From Octopus bimaculoides (lineage: Eukaryota), in contig NC_068982.1 in assembly GCF_001194135.2 (NCBI RefSeq), positions 18,352,542 to 18,416,541 of the forward strand: a stretch of 64,000 nucleotides of DNA, read 5' to 3'. Shown here piece after piece: positions 23,199-35,974 of this stretch; positions within the stretch are counted from its first letter, which is position 1; each line of letters begins with the position of its first letter. A program made the translations under genes and the position numbers. The notes beneath the pieces are model-generated. The model saw nothing but the letters and a program-made list of their open reading frames with translations, had not been told where the DNA came from and did not search any database.

Positions 23199-23760
23199 AT
23201 GCAGTGGCTCTCATGGCTTTTGATCTTGACTGATTGGAATTATTATCATGTACATTGTTTTGTCTTGGTATTAAAAAAAGGCTACAACAAATATTCTGGC
23301 CAATACCATAGATTTGTTTGTCAGTTGTTTGACCTTAATCGGTTGAGCATGTTCCTTCGTGGTTGACGATATGTACATCACTGATCAGGAGCGGAAGTAG
23401 GGGGGAGAATCATAGCTATGCGTTGAGAGGAATTCTTTATAGTTTGAATAATTCATCTCTAGAGACATGGGTGTTCCGTTCATCATCCATAAGCAAACCT
23501 TATTCAGGGAACTTTTGAGCTCGATGGGCTACTTGACCGGAAAATTCTAACTAGGCACCATCTGCAAGGTCATGCATTGCTTATCTTAATATGAGATTCC
23601 CCATGTGACACACATATGGTTGTAATGCATGTGCCCGATATACCCCTATCGGATGGGTAGTCATGATGGGTATATTGGGCTTTGTATATTTCTACCCTAC
23701 TCTCACTTTGAGCGCGTGTGCTGCTCTGTCACTCAATAATAATAATAATATAATAATAAC
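23199..23760 (+). mobile_element. Non-coding interspersed repeat (SINE-like) ending in (TAA)n
   Basis: gcagtggctctcatggcttttgatcttgactgattgg... has a second, inverted copy at 48440-48634. The 3' end runs into (AAT)n at ~23735-23760. Confidence 0.7.
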
Positions 23761-24091
23761 GATGAGGATGTTGATGTTTATGATAATGATGATGGCGATA
23801 ATGAAATTTTTGAATATTAACGAATAAGTATTAATTTTTTCTACCGCTATAATTCATATTCAGTAGGGAAAAATCAAAAACACTGTCGAGACTCAAATAT
23901 ATTCCAAATATGTCGTTTGATGGTATTTTTATGATCAAATTAGAAACCTACACCTAGACGAAAAGAAAGTTATCGATTATTTAAATTTCTTCTAACCAAA
24001 AACTGAGGATAAAATTTAAGTAACAAAATTTAGCTTAAAAAATATACAAGATTATTTTCTATAAAGTGAAAATATGTAATATTGGCTTGTA

Positions 24092-24128
<37 letters not shown>

Positions 24129-24362
24129 NNNNNNNNNNNNNNNNNNNNNNNNNNNNNNNNNNNNNNNNNNNNNNNNNNNNNNNNNNNNNNNNNNNNNNNN
24201 NNNNNNNNNNNNNNNNNNNNNNNNNNNNNNNNNNNNNNNNNNNNNNNNNNNNNNNNNNNNNNNNNNNNNNNNNNNNNNNNNNNNNNNNNNNNNNNNNNNN
24301 NNNNNNNNNNNNNNNNNNNNNNNNNNNNNNNNNNNNNNNNNNNNNNNNNNNNNNNNNNNNNN

Positions 24363-24408
<46 letters not shown>

Positions 24409-25013
24409 GAAAATTTTGAGACTGAAACAGAAAAATATAGTTTGAAAATATACACACCCAGACAGAGAAATGAAATTACTGTGACAGACATATAGATGGA
24501 GACGAACACATGCGTACTAACAGAGAGTCATCCATATTGATAGATCGAAAAGTTTGACAAATTGTTAGATAAAGAGATAGATACAAAAGCTGATTGATAG
24601 ATAAGATACTGGATAGTTAGAGTAATCATTCTGGATTCCACATGTCATCTGCTTATATATGGTATTTTCATTAATGCACATAACCAATTTCTCGATAATA
24701 AGTAAGACATCGCTCCGTCTATTGAATTAAGATTCATGACGGATTGAATCACTTTAATAATTTTCTATATCGTTCTGTTCGTAAGTACGAAAAAAAAAAA
24801 AAGAGCAGACATCTTTGATAACAGAATATTGACTCTTATATGTGCATTCAATGGCCACATGTAAAAACTTGTATAAAACCTGAAATACATAGACACACAT
24901 ACTATTGAAATAGCTGACATTTCTTCCTTCAACTATCACTCGCTCATTCTCTTTCTCTCTCTTTCCATCTCCCTCTCTCTACCTTTCTCACTTTCTCTCT
25001 CTGTTCATCTTTA

Positions 25014-25066
<53 letters not shown>

Positions 25067-25070
25067 CTTT

Positions 25071-25300
25071 TACTCATTACTCTTTACTCTTTTATTGTTT
25101 CAGTCATTTGACTGCGGCCATGCTGGAGCACCGCCTTTAGTCGAGCAAATCAACCGCAGAACTTATTCTTTGTAAGTCTAGTACTTATTCTATCGGTCTC
25201 TTTTTGCCGAACCGCTAGATTACGGGGACGTAAACACACCAGCATCGGTTGTCAAGCGAGGGTGGGGGAACAAACACAGACACACAAACACACATACATA
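25071..25300 (-). mobile_element. SINE family A 3' half
   Basis: tactcttttattgtttcagtcatttgactgcggccatgctggagcaccgcctttagtcg..aaacacaccagcatcggttgtcaagcg. Confidence 0.9.
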
Positions 25301-25336
25301 TATATATATATACGTATTTACAGGAAATATTTAACA

Positions 25337-25830
25337 GGCGCTCAGTGAAATTATCATATAGATGCTACCCCAAAATAAATAAGCTTTCTTATACGATAAC
25401 AACACCAAGTGCCCACTCCCAATTGTAACTGTCTAATCTCATGAACCAGTCCATTCGGCTTGGGATGTATGATTATATGATGTAAAAGTTACAGCAATGC
25501 TAGATGATAACACAACTGATAAGAAGAGCCACATTGGACTATGTGAAAGCGACATCAAAGAACAGCTCTGCTGACCACATATTTTCTTTTTGACAAAGTG
25601 ACAAAAGTAAATCTACTAAGTTGGCTAGCCACGTATGGGGTTTGAAGCCTAACATTACACCACATATGATAAAGTGGAAAATAATCGGACAATCTACTCT
25701 CTATGTCTACGGGTTAAAATATGGTAGCTGCCTGTTGATGAAAGAGCTCAGATACCTTTCAGATCTAAGAAATCTACCACACTGCCGAAATTTTCAGTGG
25801 CTGTAAACGTATGGCTATGTTCCTATTGAT
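25337..25830 (+). mobile_element. Penelope-like element GIY-YIG endonuclease region (decayed)
   Basis: VKLSYRCYPKI..CNC..KSHIGLCESDIK..STKLASHVWGLK..IKWKII..Y.YG.K follows the Penelope GIY-YIG pattern, with stops and frameshifts. Confidence 0.8.
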
Positions 25831-26907
25831 GAATTGGAAACTACCACACATTCCCAATTGAGCAGCTGTACCACAGAATCTAGGCCACTATCTTTCCAGC
25901 CTTATATTTTACGTTTAAAGGGGAAATAACTCTAATTCTCTACCTTTTTCTTTTCTTGTTCTTTTTCTGGAATTTCTACGTACCACCGTTTATATCTACT
26001 TCCTTCTCGCTTTTTCTCTCAAGCTATCGCATGTTTTGCAATCTAGACGGTGCTTGAAGTTTGCTTTAATGAACCAAACGTGTTAAAGAATAATATCTAC
26101 CATGATTTCCTCGCATCTAACGAATAGTATCACATAAGAACATACAGTGTTTATTAAATAAAATTATTCCCTCACCAGATAGAGTATTGTTTTTTGTTGA
26201 TCTTACCATCACGGAACAGTACACTGTATATATATATATATATATATATATNNNNNNNNNNNNNNNNNNNNNNNNNNNNNNNNNNNNNNNNNNNNNNNNN
26301 NNNNNNNNNNNNNNNNNNNNNNNNNNNNNNNNNNNNNNNNNNNNNNNNNNNNNNNNNNNNNNNNNNNNNNNNNNNNNNNNNNNNNNNNNNNNNNNNNNNN
26401 NNNNNNNNNNNNNNNNNNNNNNNNNNNNNNNNNNNNNNNNNNNNNNNNNNNNNNNNNNNNNNNNNNNNNNNNNNNNNNNNNNNNNNNNNNNNNNNNNNNN
26501 NNNNNNNNNNNNNNNNNNNNNNNNNNNNNNNNNNNNNNNNNNNNNNNNNNNNNNNNNNNNNNNNNNNNNNNNNNNNNNNNNNNNNNNNNNNNNNNNNNNN
26601 NNNNNNNNNNNNNNNNNNNNNNNNNNNNNNNNNNNNNNNNNNNNNNNNNNNNNNNNNNNNNNNNNNNNNNNNNNNNNNNNNNNNNNNNNNNNNNNNNNNN
26701 NNNNNNNNNNNNNNNNNNNNNNNNNNNNNNNNNNNNNNNNNNNNNNNNNNNNNNNNNNNNNNNNNNNNNNNNNNNNNNNNNNNNNNNNNNNNNNNNNNNN
26801 NNNNNNNNNNNNNNNNNNNNNNNNNNNNNNNNNNNNNNNNNNNNNNNNNNNNNNNNNNNNNNNNNNNNNNNNNNNNNNNNNNNNNNNNNNNNNNNNNNNN
26901 NNNNNNN

Positions 26908-26952
<45 letters not shown>

Positions 26953-26959
26953 TTATATT

Positions 26960-27780
26960 CTATTACATTGTATTAATGGGAGTCCATGTAGCCACCGGAT
27001 GCTGGTTGGTTGAGCATCATACTGGTCTAAATCTTCCAAAGACTGATGCAAAATCCAAGTGTTACTTCGACCTCCTCGTGGTAAAACAGGGATCTAAACC
27101 TACAGAAGAGGACGACTGCGAGTGTCTGCCGCAGTATAACCAGGCTGTTCCGAGCAGATGAGGCTCGTTAGCCATGGCCGGCAGCCTGTTAGGAGAAAGA
27201 CACTCTGATATAAAACTTACGACCCGAGGACCTGTCTGTCATCGTCCCAGCTTATCGGGACACAGCAGACGGGCTCCCTGTGTAAATAGTGCGGCTAGTT
27301 CTGCACAGACTGCACTTTACCTTAAAACTCCGTTGCGCAGACGGAAGGATCTCTCCAAGTGTACCACCACGATCACAACTCTCCAAGTCGTGTATCGATG
27401 GGAAGGGAGCAAAAACGGCAGGTAGAAGATGTCACTGGAAGCCGCAGCTCTTAACCTGCTTGCAGACGGTTCAGGAGATTGGTTGCCTGGGGTTTATTTG
27501 GAGACGACAATATCACTTGGCAGCGTCCAGAACGACGAAGCGTACTTATCTAGGGAGAACACTGCTTGCTCCACAAAGAGAGGAGCCTTGAAAAGGTGAT
27601 CTAAAGAATACTCGTCTCCTACACAGCCAGTTGGCAAACCGTGGCCATCGGGCATTTTCTTCAAGCGGTCAAATACGCACAAATCCCAAAAGAAAAGACT
27701 ACAAACACCCTTCAAATGTTGCAAAATGTCTGAAGATCGCATGTTGGAACATCAGAACCATTTTTGACTCAGGCGACGGA
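26960..27780 (+). mobile_element. RTE-clade LINE 5' UTR and start of the APE endonuclease ORF, 3'-truncated
   Basis: ORF 27631-27831 contains KCLKIACWNIRTIFDS (APE start motif). The upstream sequence is GC-richer and has RTE-like ggcagcctgttaggagaaagacactctga. Confidence 0.75.
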
Positions 27781-27849
27781 GGTCTTTATGTACAGAGTTC
27801 AAATCCTCCACTGGTTGGATTGGTTCGTTGACATAATTCGTTACGCAGC

Positions 27850-28640
27850 TAAAATCTACTCCAAAGCATTTGGGAATTTAAACGCACTCCGATCAGTTAG
27901 AAGCAAGATTGCAAGTTCTCCGGTTTCAATAACCGTTCCTGTCTCTCCCTTGCCGTACTTTTGGAGGCCTTCTAAATATACATACCAACTGATTTCACTA
28001 CTAAAAAGCGTGTATATCTGGAGGAAATTTGGATTTTGCCACATTTAGATGATGGTGTAATGCATAAAAACCTAGGAATCCTAAGTGTTGTTGTTAAGCC
28101 AACACTCAAACGTGATCATGGATTGCCTGCTTCCACTAACCAGGTGGACCATTTTAGGGAACGCGTAGAGATCCTGTCTTCGGTGTGATAATTCAAAAGT
28201 ATTATGGAATATTTGGAATATGTCACGATTTTTGAATCGTTTTTGAAATGTCAAAAGGAGCTTAATTTTCATATATAATAAATACACGCGTTGACCTGTT
28301 TTTAGGCGACAAATTAAGCATTAATATTCACAATTGAATCAAAATCCATGAATGCGAAAAATAATATTATTCTTCCCTGGCAAAGCTGAAGTACGTGTTA
28401 AATGATTTCTTTTGAAACGTCTCACATGTAGTAATTGCTTTCTTCCATTTTCTTTTTATCTCATTGATTTCAACAACATTTGAAATGGTCAAATTATTGA
28501 AAAACGAACTCTTGAAATTTACGAAAGAATTATGCTTTCCATCGAATTCACGTCTATATGAAGAATCATTAAAATCTAACACGTTTCTTCTGAAAGTGTT
28601 TCCATTTTGTAGATATTTCATACGGTTTCCACTTATATAT
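27850..28640 (-). mobile_element. Possible decayed Tx1/L1-clade ORF2 fragment
   Basis: Collinear minus-strand pieces KYL..IKRKWKK, DIFQIF..RRQDLY, and MWQNPNF..W...GL follow the post-RT order of L1/Tx1; heavily degraded. Confidence 0.45.
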
Positions 28641-28689
28641 CCACGTATATTTTTGTGTTATATCCTGTTTGAGTCAACTCTCACACACA

Positions 28690-28759
<70 letters not shown>

Positions 28760-28802
28760 GCTAGCTAGCTAGCTAGCTAGCTAGCTAGCGAGCTAGGTAG
28801 CT
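28690..28802. repeat. (CTAT)n grading into palindromic (CTAG)n
   Basis: Directly visible. Confidence 0.95.
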
Positions 28803-29225
28803 ACCAAACTGGAACGCATACTCTTCCGCTTTTTGTGGAAGGGAAGCGTTCCGATGGTTAGGCGATTCATATGCTGTCAACAGCCGCTAAATGGGGGGCT
28901 GGGTATGCCGCGGTTGATGATGCGCAGACATGCGCTGAGACTGCGAAATCTCCGGCGCTTTATAGACGACGGTGAACAGGTGTGGTCGCCGTTTGTGCAG
29001 CGCGCTTTCCCGCAGCTCGTCTCCTTAGCCGAACTGCAGTCGTTGATTAAGCAGAGACCTAGGCTCGGCGAATGACACAGCGAGTGTCGCGTTGCTCTCA
29101 AGCAACTCTGCCGTCCTGGACAAATCTTGTGCAACTTTGATTCCACAAAAGCGTTCTATAGAGGATTAGTGGAGGGGAGGTGCGACAACAATCTCGGGCA
29201 GAATCTGGGCGTCGACGAGGGACAC
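28803..29225 (+). mobile_element. Tx1/L1-clade LINE ORF2 fragment (young, runs into gap)
   Basis: KLERILFRFLWKGSVPMVRRFICCQQPLNGGLGMP..., the FLW..GGLG.P motif. One stop in ~140 codons; GC- and CpG-rich. Confidence 0.85.
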
Positions 29226-30176
29226 NNNNNNNNNNNNNNNNNNNNNNNNNNNNNNNNNNNNNNNNNNNNNNNNNNNNNNNNNNNNNNNNNNNNNNNNNNN
29301 NNNNNNNNNNNNNNNNNNNNNNNNNNNNNNNNNNNNNNNNNNNNNNNNNNNNNNNNNNNNNNNNNNNNNNNNNNNNNNNNNNNNNNNNNNNNNNNNNNNN
29401 NNNNNNNNNNNNNNNNNNNNNNNNNNNNNNNNNNNNNNNNNNNNNNNNNNNNNNNNNNNNNNNNNNNNNNNNNNNNNNNNNNNNNNNNNNNNNNNNNNNN
29501 NNNNNNNNNNNNNNNNNNNNNNNNNNNNNNNNNNNNNNNNNNNNNNNNNNNNNNNNNNNNNNNNNNNNNNNNNNNNNNNNNNNNNNNNNNNNNNNNNNNN
29601 NNNNNNNNNNNNNNNNNNNNNNNNNNNNNNNNNNNNNNNNNNNNNNNNNNNNNNNNNNNNNNNNNNNNNNNNNNNNNNNNNNNNNNNNNNNNNNNNNNNN
29701 NNNNNNNNNNNNNNNNNNNNNNNNNNNNNNNNNNNNNNNNNNNNNNNNNNNNNNNNNNNNNNNNNNNNNNNNNNNNNNNNNNNNNNNNNNNNNNNNNNNN
29801 NNNNNNNNNNNNNNNNNNNNNNNNNNNNNNNNNNNNNNNNNNNNNNNNNNNNNNNNNNNNNNNNNNNNNNNNNNNNNNNNNNNNNNNNNNNNNNNNNNNN
29901 NNNNNNNNNNNNNNNNNNNNNNNNNNNNNNNNNNNNNNNNNNNNNNNNNNNNNNNNNNNNNNNNNNNNNNNNNNNNNNNNNNNNNNNNNNNNNNNNNNNN
30001 NNNNNNNNNNNNNNNNNNNNNNNNNNNNNNNNNNNNNNNNNNNNNNNNNNNNNNNNNNNNNNNNNNNNNNNNNNNNNNNNNNNNNNNNNNNNNNNNNNNN
30101 NNNNNNNNNNNNNNNNNNNNNNNNNNNNNNNNNNNNNNNNNNNNNNNNNNNNNNNNNNNNNNNNNNNNNNNNNNNN

Positions 30177-30229
<53 letters not shown>

Positions 30230-30853
30230 CCTTCGTTTGCGTCTGAAATCTCGCGTTCTCGGTACAAATTTCAGTAAAGCTGGCTTCGCGTGTTAATGCA
30301 AAGTAAGAATGTGTAAAGTAAAGACCTGAGTAGGCAAGTTCGGTACATGTGGTAAAAAGTTTATGTAGGCTGGATATCCTATTTAAAACGAGTGAAAGCG
30401 ATTTTATGATAAAGAGATATATAGGTATAAACTGTTTTGAGTGGCAAAATCGTCCAGCATGTATGCAGTGACGCAGTGTATATTGAAGATTTATCACACC
30501 AGATCGTATTTGTATTAACTGAATTTCAATGATGCTCTCTATTTGCTGACGTAATTAAAGATAATCCTGACATTTAACAAGGTATATAATACAATTTTCA
30601 TTCACGTGTAGAGGCAGCAAATTTGAAGCCTATTAATTAGATTCCAGGCTCCCAAATTATTCTCAGAAGAAGAGTGTCCTGACCTATATGACTAAATTAT
30701 TGCAATAGTGAAGCTCTCGCATATGTATTAGTCAATAGTGCAGGATACACATATCGCAGGAAAAAATGAGAAAGGTCGTTATTATACATTATACAGGTCA
30801 ATTTTGTAGAAAGTTTACGAAGCGATTGTCAAAGAATTTTATGCCAATACATG

Positions 30854-30899
<46 letters not shown>

Positions 30900-32124
30900 T
30901 GTGTGTGTGTGTGAGCGGCTGTGTGCTGTTCAGAATCTGTGCAACAATCTCCAGGTTACAAACGGTTAAATGAAGAGACGTATCTAACAGCAAAAGGATC
31001 ACAATGGTGACTTATTTTGTACCATCACAAAAACAAACAGGTTCTGTTAAATTGTTTGTAATCAATGCCTAGACAAATGTTCACAACTGATGGACTCATT
31101 TCACGATGAAATCTAGTAATTAAAAGCATAATTTCTGACATGTGTGTGTTCCTCCACGCACATAAACACACACACACACATTCACACTAAATGCTAGATC
31201 TGGATGAAGATTCAACATGCATGACTAGTTCAGTCGCCCAGACATTTTCGTGATGGATGTCGCTTAAGTTCCATTTAAACAATTACAGTTCAACGCCTGC
31301 AAGAAAGATGTTGAGGAGTGAGGAATTTCGAAAGAGACGATGTCCAGAACAGAAAGAATGGATGTGGTGCGTAATGCAGAGCCGGATTGTACGCAACATA
31401 GTTGACAGAACGTGGAGAGATAACTGAGCTGTGTATGTTATGTGGTCCATTTAAGAAGCAATTCTACCCTATGTGCAAACGACATTTTAATAATAAAAAA
31501 GACAAGCAGAGAAGAGAAAACAACTGCAAGCAATTGAGTGTAATTTGTATTGACTGAACGACAGTCTGTAGAGTAACTTTTTTTCTCTAGCTTTCTGTGT
31601 GGGGAGTAGAAACATCGTCGCAGATGTTGACCTCACTTGAGCACTGTAGGTTGTTAAAAAATGTTGTTGAGATCAGAAATATCTTCTGGGAATGAAGGGA
31701 AAGGCTAGTTTCAAAGATAGGGCACTAGCTTTGCTAAGAGTGGCTTTGCCCTTGGAGAGATCCTCGATGGTTACGAAACTCAGCATTTAGTGTAATTTTC
31801 AGGGCCCAAGTTGAGTGCTACATTTGGTTACAAGGGTTGTGATGAGGTAGTCTGTGGAATGCATGTGAATGCTTGGGAAAAAGAATTTCGAGGAAAGAAT
31901 ACACACACTCATACACACACATATATGCATCCCGATGTGTATGATATCAATATTAAATACACAAACGGGAAGAATAATACCTGTAATACTTTCTTAGATA
32001 AACCAAAGGAACCCTGAAAAGTATGCACTATTCTTGTATTTTATATAGTTTTGCATTAAGTATTTTGCAATTGTAATTCACAATTCATTTAAAAGAAATT
32101 CTAGAAAAATTTACATCATTTATA

Positions 32125-32530
32125 GGCGCAGGAGTGGCTGTGTGGTAAGTAGCTAGTCTACCAACCACATGGTTCCGGATTCAGTCCCACTGCGTGGCAC
32201 CTTGGGCTTTTGTCTTCTACTATAGCCTCGGGCCGACCAAAGCCTTTTGAGTGGATTTAGTAGACGGAAACTGAAAGAAGCATGTCGTATATATGTATAT
32301 ATATGTTTGCGTGTGTATATGTTTGTGTCTGTGCTTGTCACCCCAACATCGCTTCACAACTGATGTTGGTGTGTTTACGTCCCCGTAACATAGCGTTTCG
32401 GCAAAAGTTACCGATAGAATAAGTTCTAGGCTTACAATGAATACGTCCTGGGGTCGATTTGCTCGACTAAAGGTGGTGCTCCAGCATGTTCGCAGTCAAA
32501 TGACTGAAACAAGTAAAAGAGTAAAAGAGA
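32125..32530 (+). mobile_element. SINE family A, full-length
   Basis: ggcgcaggagtggctgtgtggtaag..GATTCAGTCCC..ggaaactgaaagaagc, a short TA/TG tract, then a tail ending aagtaaaagagtaaaagag. Confidence 0.92.
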
Positions 32531-33954
32531 ATAATGATGTATACATTTTAAAAAGTTACTCAAAATATTATTCGCGGAATTTGAACACGAAATACTTTCA
32601 GAACACTGGAGTTAGATTTCAGACGGGAAGTGTTTGAAGATATATATTTTGCGTAGATATATATATCGATAGTTTTGATCCTCTAAAGCGTAACATAGAA
32701 TCTAATTCGAGTTTTACATTTGTTCCCACATCAGCAGTTTTCAGTACATTTTATTCTGAAGACTGGACACATTGTAGTGAAATCCGAATACTATCTCCCA
32801 TTTCATATTTTATGGTTTCGTCGTCATAAGTTGAATGCCATAGTGTATGTCAGTAAAATAATATTACTACCAAAGTAGAAATATATCTCTCAGAACGCTT
32901 GGTGTCGTAGAATAACATTCCGATTTCACGCAATACAATAACTGTCAAAATGCGATTTTGTACCGTAGTAGATATTGCCAAGTAATGGTTGGAGAAATGC
33001 ATAATAACACACATACACTTGCAGAGAGTTTTCATTGGCATTTCTAAAAATATAAAACAAGCACAGAATGATTATTGTCAACCATAACCTATTTAATCGC
33101 AGCAAAATCTAATATACTAAAAAGCACTCTTCTCTTTTGTACACACCGAACAATATCATATTTTCTGGTTAACTCGTAAACTACTATTTAGTCAAACATT
33201 TCACCTTTCGTAAAGTAATTACTGTCAGGAGATTTTCACAGCTTTTGGATGCACACTTTGAACGAGAGCTTTATTTTGATTAAAATCCTTTCTACCGACA
33301 TATAATGGCTTTCTTCTATTCATTTTCATTGGCCTAATCATTACTTGTCATTCCTCTGTTGATATCTCTCGGACAACGATTTCGTTCCTTTCTTTTCACA
33401 TCAGAATATAATGTACCTAATTGGAGATTATTGAATAATTAATGGTTTTATCACGTTAGAATTTTATGCCCTTCTTTAATATATGCAACTTGTTTGCTTT
33501 AATTCCTCCGACAACACAGATGATTTTCTATTCATGTTGGCTGCAATATGCCTTTCCAATATTAATTTTTTTTTTCAATTATCATTTCTGAAAGAAAACA
33601 AGACAATCACATTCACTGTATTGTTTTTAAATACATTAGAGAAGAAAAGGTGGATGAGTGTGATATCGGGTAGCAGGAAAATCTGCAAAACCCAGTTATA
33701 GAAGTGAACACGTAATTCGAGGAACTACAAATACTAGAGATTGTCGAATAGTATATGAATATTTCAGTAGATGCGTGTGTTTGTATGTGTATTTGCATGA
33801 ATGTCTGTATCAGGTTTGGTATGCGTTCATGTATATATGAATGTATATATGTTTATTAAGGCTGTCTGAATATCTTGTTACACACGTGATAAGATTCAGA
33901 CAGGTTTAGAGGGAATGAAATCGCACGCTATTTTTACAAGTGTCAATCTCTATT

Positions 33955-34190
33955 GCATACATACATACATGCGTACATTCATATATACATACATACATAG
34001 ATTCATACATACATACATACATACATACATACATACAGATAGATAGATAGATATATAGATAGATAGATAGATAGATAGAAAGATAAATAAAGAGTTAGAC
34101 AGATAGATAGATAGATACCTACATACATGCATACGTACATGGATAGATAGATAGACACATAGACAGATATTCAGCTAGACAGATTTATGT
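33955..34190. repeat. Compound (TACA)n/(TAGA)n microsatellite
   Basis: Directly visible. Confidence 0.9.
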
Positions 34191-34861
34191 TTGTGTGCAA
34201 TGTTATTCATGGATTGGTAATCTGACTTAAACACTTATTCTCCCCGTTTTTTTTTTTGAACTGATGCATTCAGAGATATTCTGCATTGGATCATATTGAA
34301 TCTAATTGGAGATTTTTTAACGCTACTGATTTTATCACTTCAGATATTTTATGTCATTAATTTGATCATTTCCTGTCCTGTGACGTGTGATGGTGGAAAC
34401 ATATTTTTGCTATTGCAATCCCAATCGATATTAGGTAATTTTACATAGATATGATAATTATAATTTTAATATCTGTCCAGTTATATCGTGCTTACTTAAA
34501 ATTATGAAATTCACTCTAATTTTCAAATTCAAGCAATTACACGAGATTTGAATTTAGCTAAACAAAATTTTCAACTGCATATTTGCAATAAATATGCTAT
34601 TAATGGCAATGATACTGTTTAATTATCAATCAATTAAATGTTTTTTTTATACACAATGGTAGACTGGTATTCAGACAATTATATTTCATATGAGGAGAAC
34701 TCTAGTAACTTCAGAGTTGTCTCCGTTTGCATGATACGACACAACACAAACATTGAAGTATTTACACACTCACTTACAATCGTACAAATGCACACTCAAG
34801 TACGCACACACAATATGCACGTGTATTTAATTACTTCATAAAATACATTCTGATATTCTTT

Positions 34862-35067
34862 TATTATTTTACTTGCTTCAGTCATTTGACTGTGGCCATG
34901 CTGGAGCACCACCTTTAATCGAACAAATCGATCCCACGATTGATTTTTTGAAAGCCTAGTACTCATTCCATCCGTTCTCTTTTGCCAAACCACTAAGCTA
35001 CGGGGACATAAACGCGCCCACATCGGCTGTCAAGCGATGGTGGGGGGGACAAACATAGACACAAGCT

Positions 35068-35108
<41 letters not shown>

Positions 35109-35133
35109 ACATATATATGTACGACGGGCTTCT
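34862..35133 (-). mobile_element. SINE family A lacking its head
   Basis: Tail and internal (CA)n are present; similarity stops at acgacgggcttct (35121-35133). Confidence 0.88.
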
Positions 35134-35360
35134 CAGCTGTTCATTGTCAAGACTGCATGACCGTCCTCTACCTTCTGCATCTTCAAGGCTCTCATCACCA
35201 CTACGGAATTTCTGAAACCATCTGTATGAATCGTACTGTACGATTACTTGTGTACACCACTCCACATGCTCTTTTGACATTGGCAGCAGTTTGGGAGGCA
35301 TTCTGCCCCAGCTTGAAATCATGCTAGAAAAGTAAGCAAAGGTCCTTTTCTCATGTTCAT
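35131..35360 (-). mobile_element. Mariner transposase N-terminal (HTH) fragment
   Basis: DFKLGQNASQTAANVKRA..RWFQKFRSGDESLEDAEGRGRSCSLDNEQL, similar to Hsmar1/SETMAR-type mariner. Confidence 0.85.
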
Positions 35361-35974
35361 AATTAAGGGCGCCTCTGCTTCAAGAATGTTTTCTGCCTGA
35401 AATAAGTAGAAAATTATTAAGGAGCATGCATCAATCATTAAGTATGTCGAAATTTACCTAGAGTATAATTAAAATACCATGATAAAATCGCATTTCAAAA
35501 CATAACACTTAGAATGCCCATTATTTTCGGAACAACTTAATATTTGTCTGTTTTCTTTAGAGTAGAGCTCCCACTGTGTTTATTAACTTTCTTAGGTTAT
35601 CATTATTAAAATTTTGTAAGTGATCAAGGCAATAAATGTTTTGTACTCGTTCTTGTATATTTTAAGTCTCTTTTCTATTCGATATGAAGTAGAACAGTTG
35701 GAGTGCCGATGACGCATTTTGGGACTGAAACAGGTCGAGAACTGTTTTCTTGTCTCCGGAATTTAACGCTGTACTTTTCATTAATAGCATCTCAAATTTA
35801 TTGAATTTCACTCCTTCGTGTATCTTGTTCGTCGCAAATCCAATTTTATGACTATGCCATATCTTCTACAGTAGGGGATACTATTAATATATCAAGAGTT
35901 TAAGCGGTTGATATTCTGAAATTTGCATGTACATGCCAAGGGCCACCTTTGCTAGTTATTTCTCTTTGTTACAT

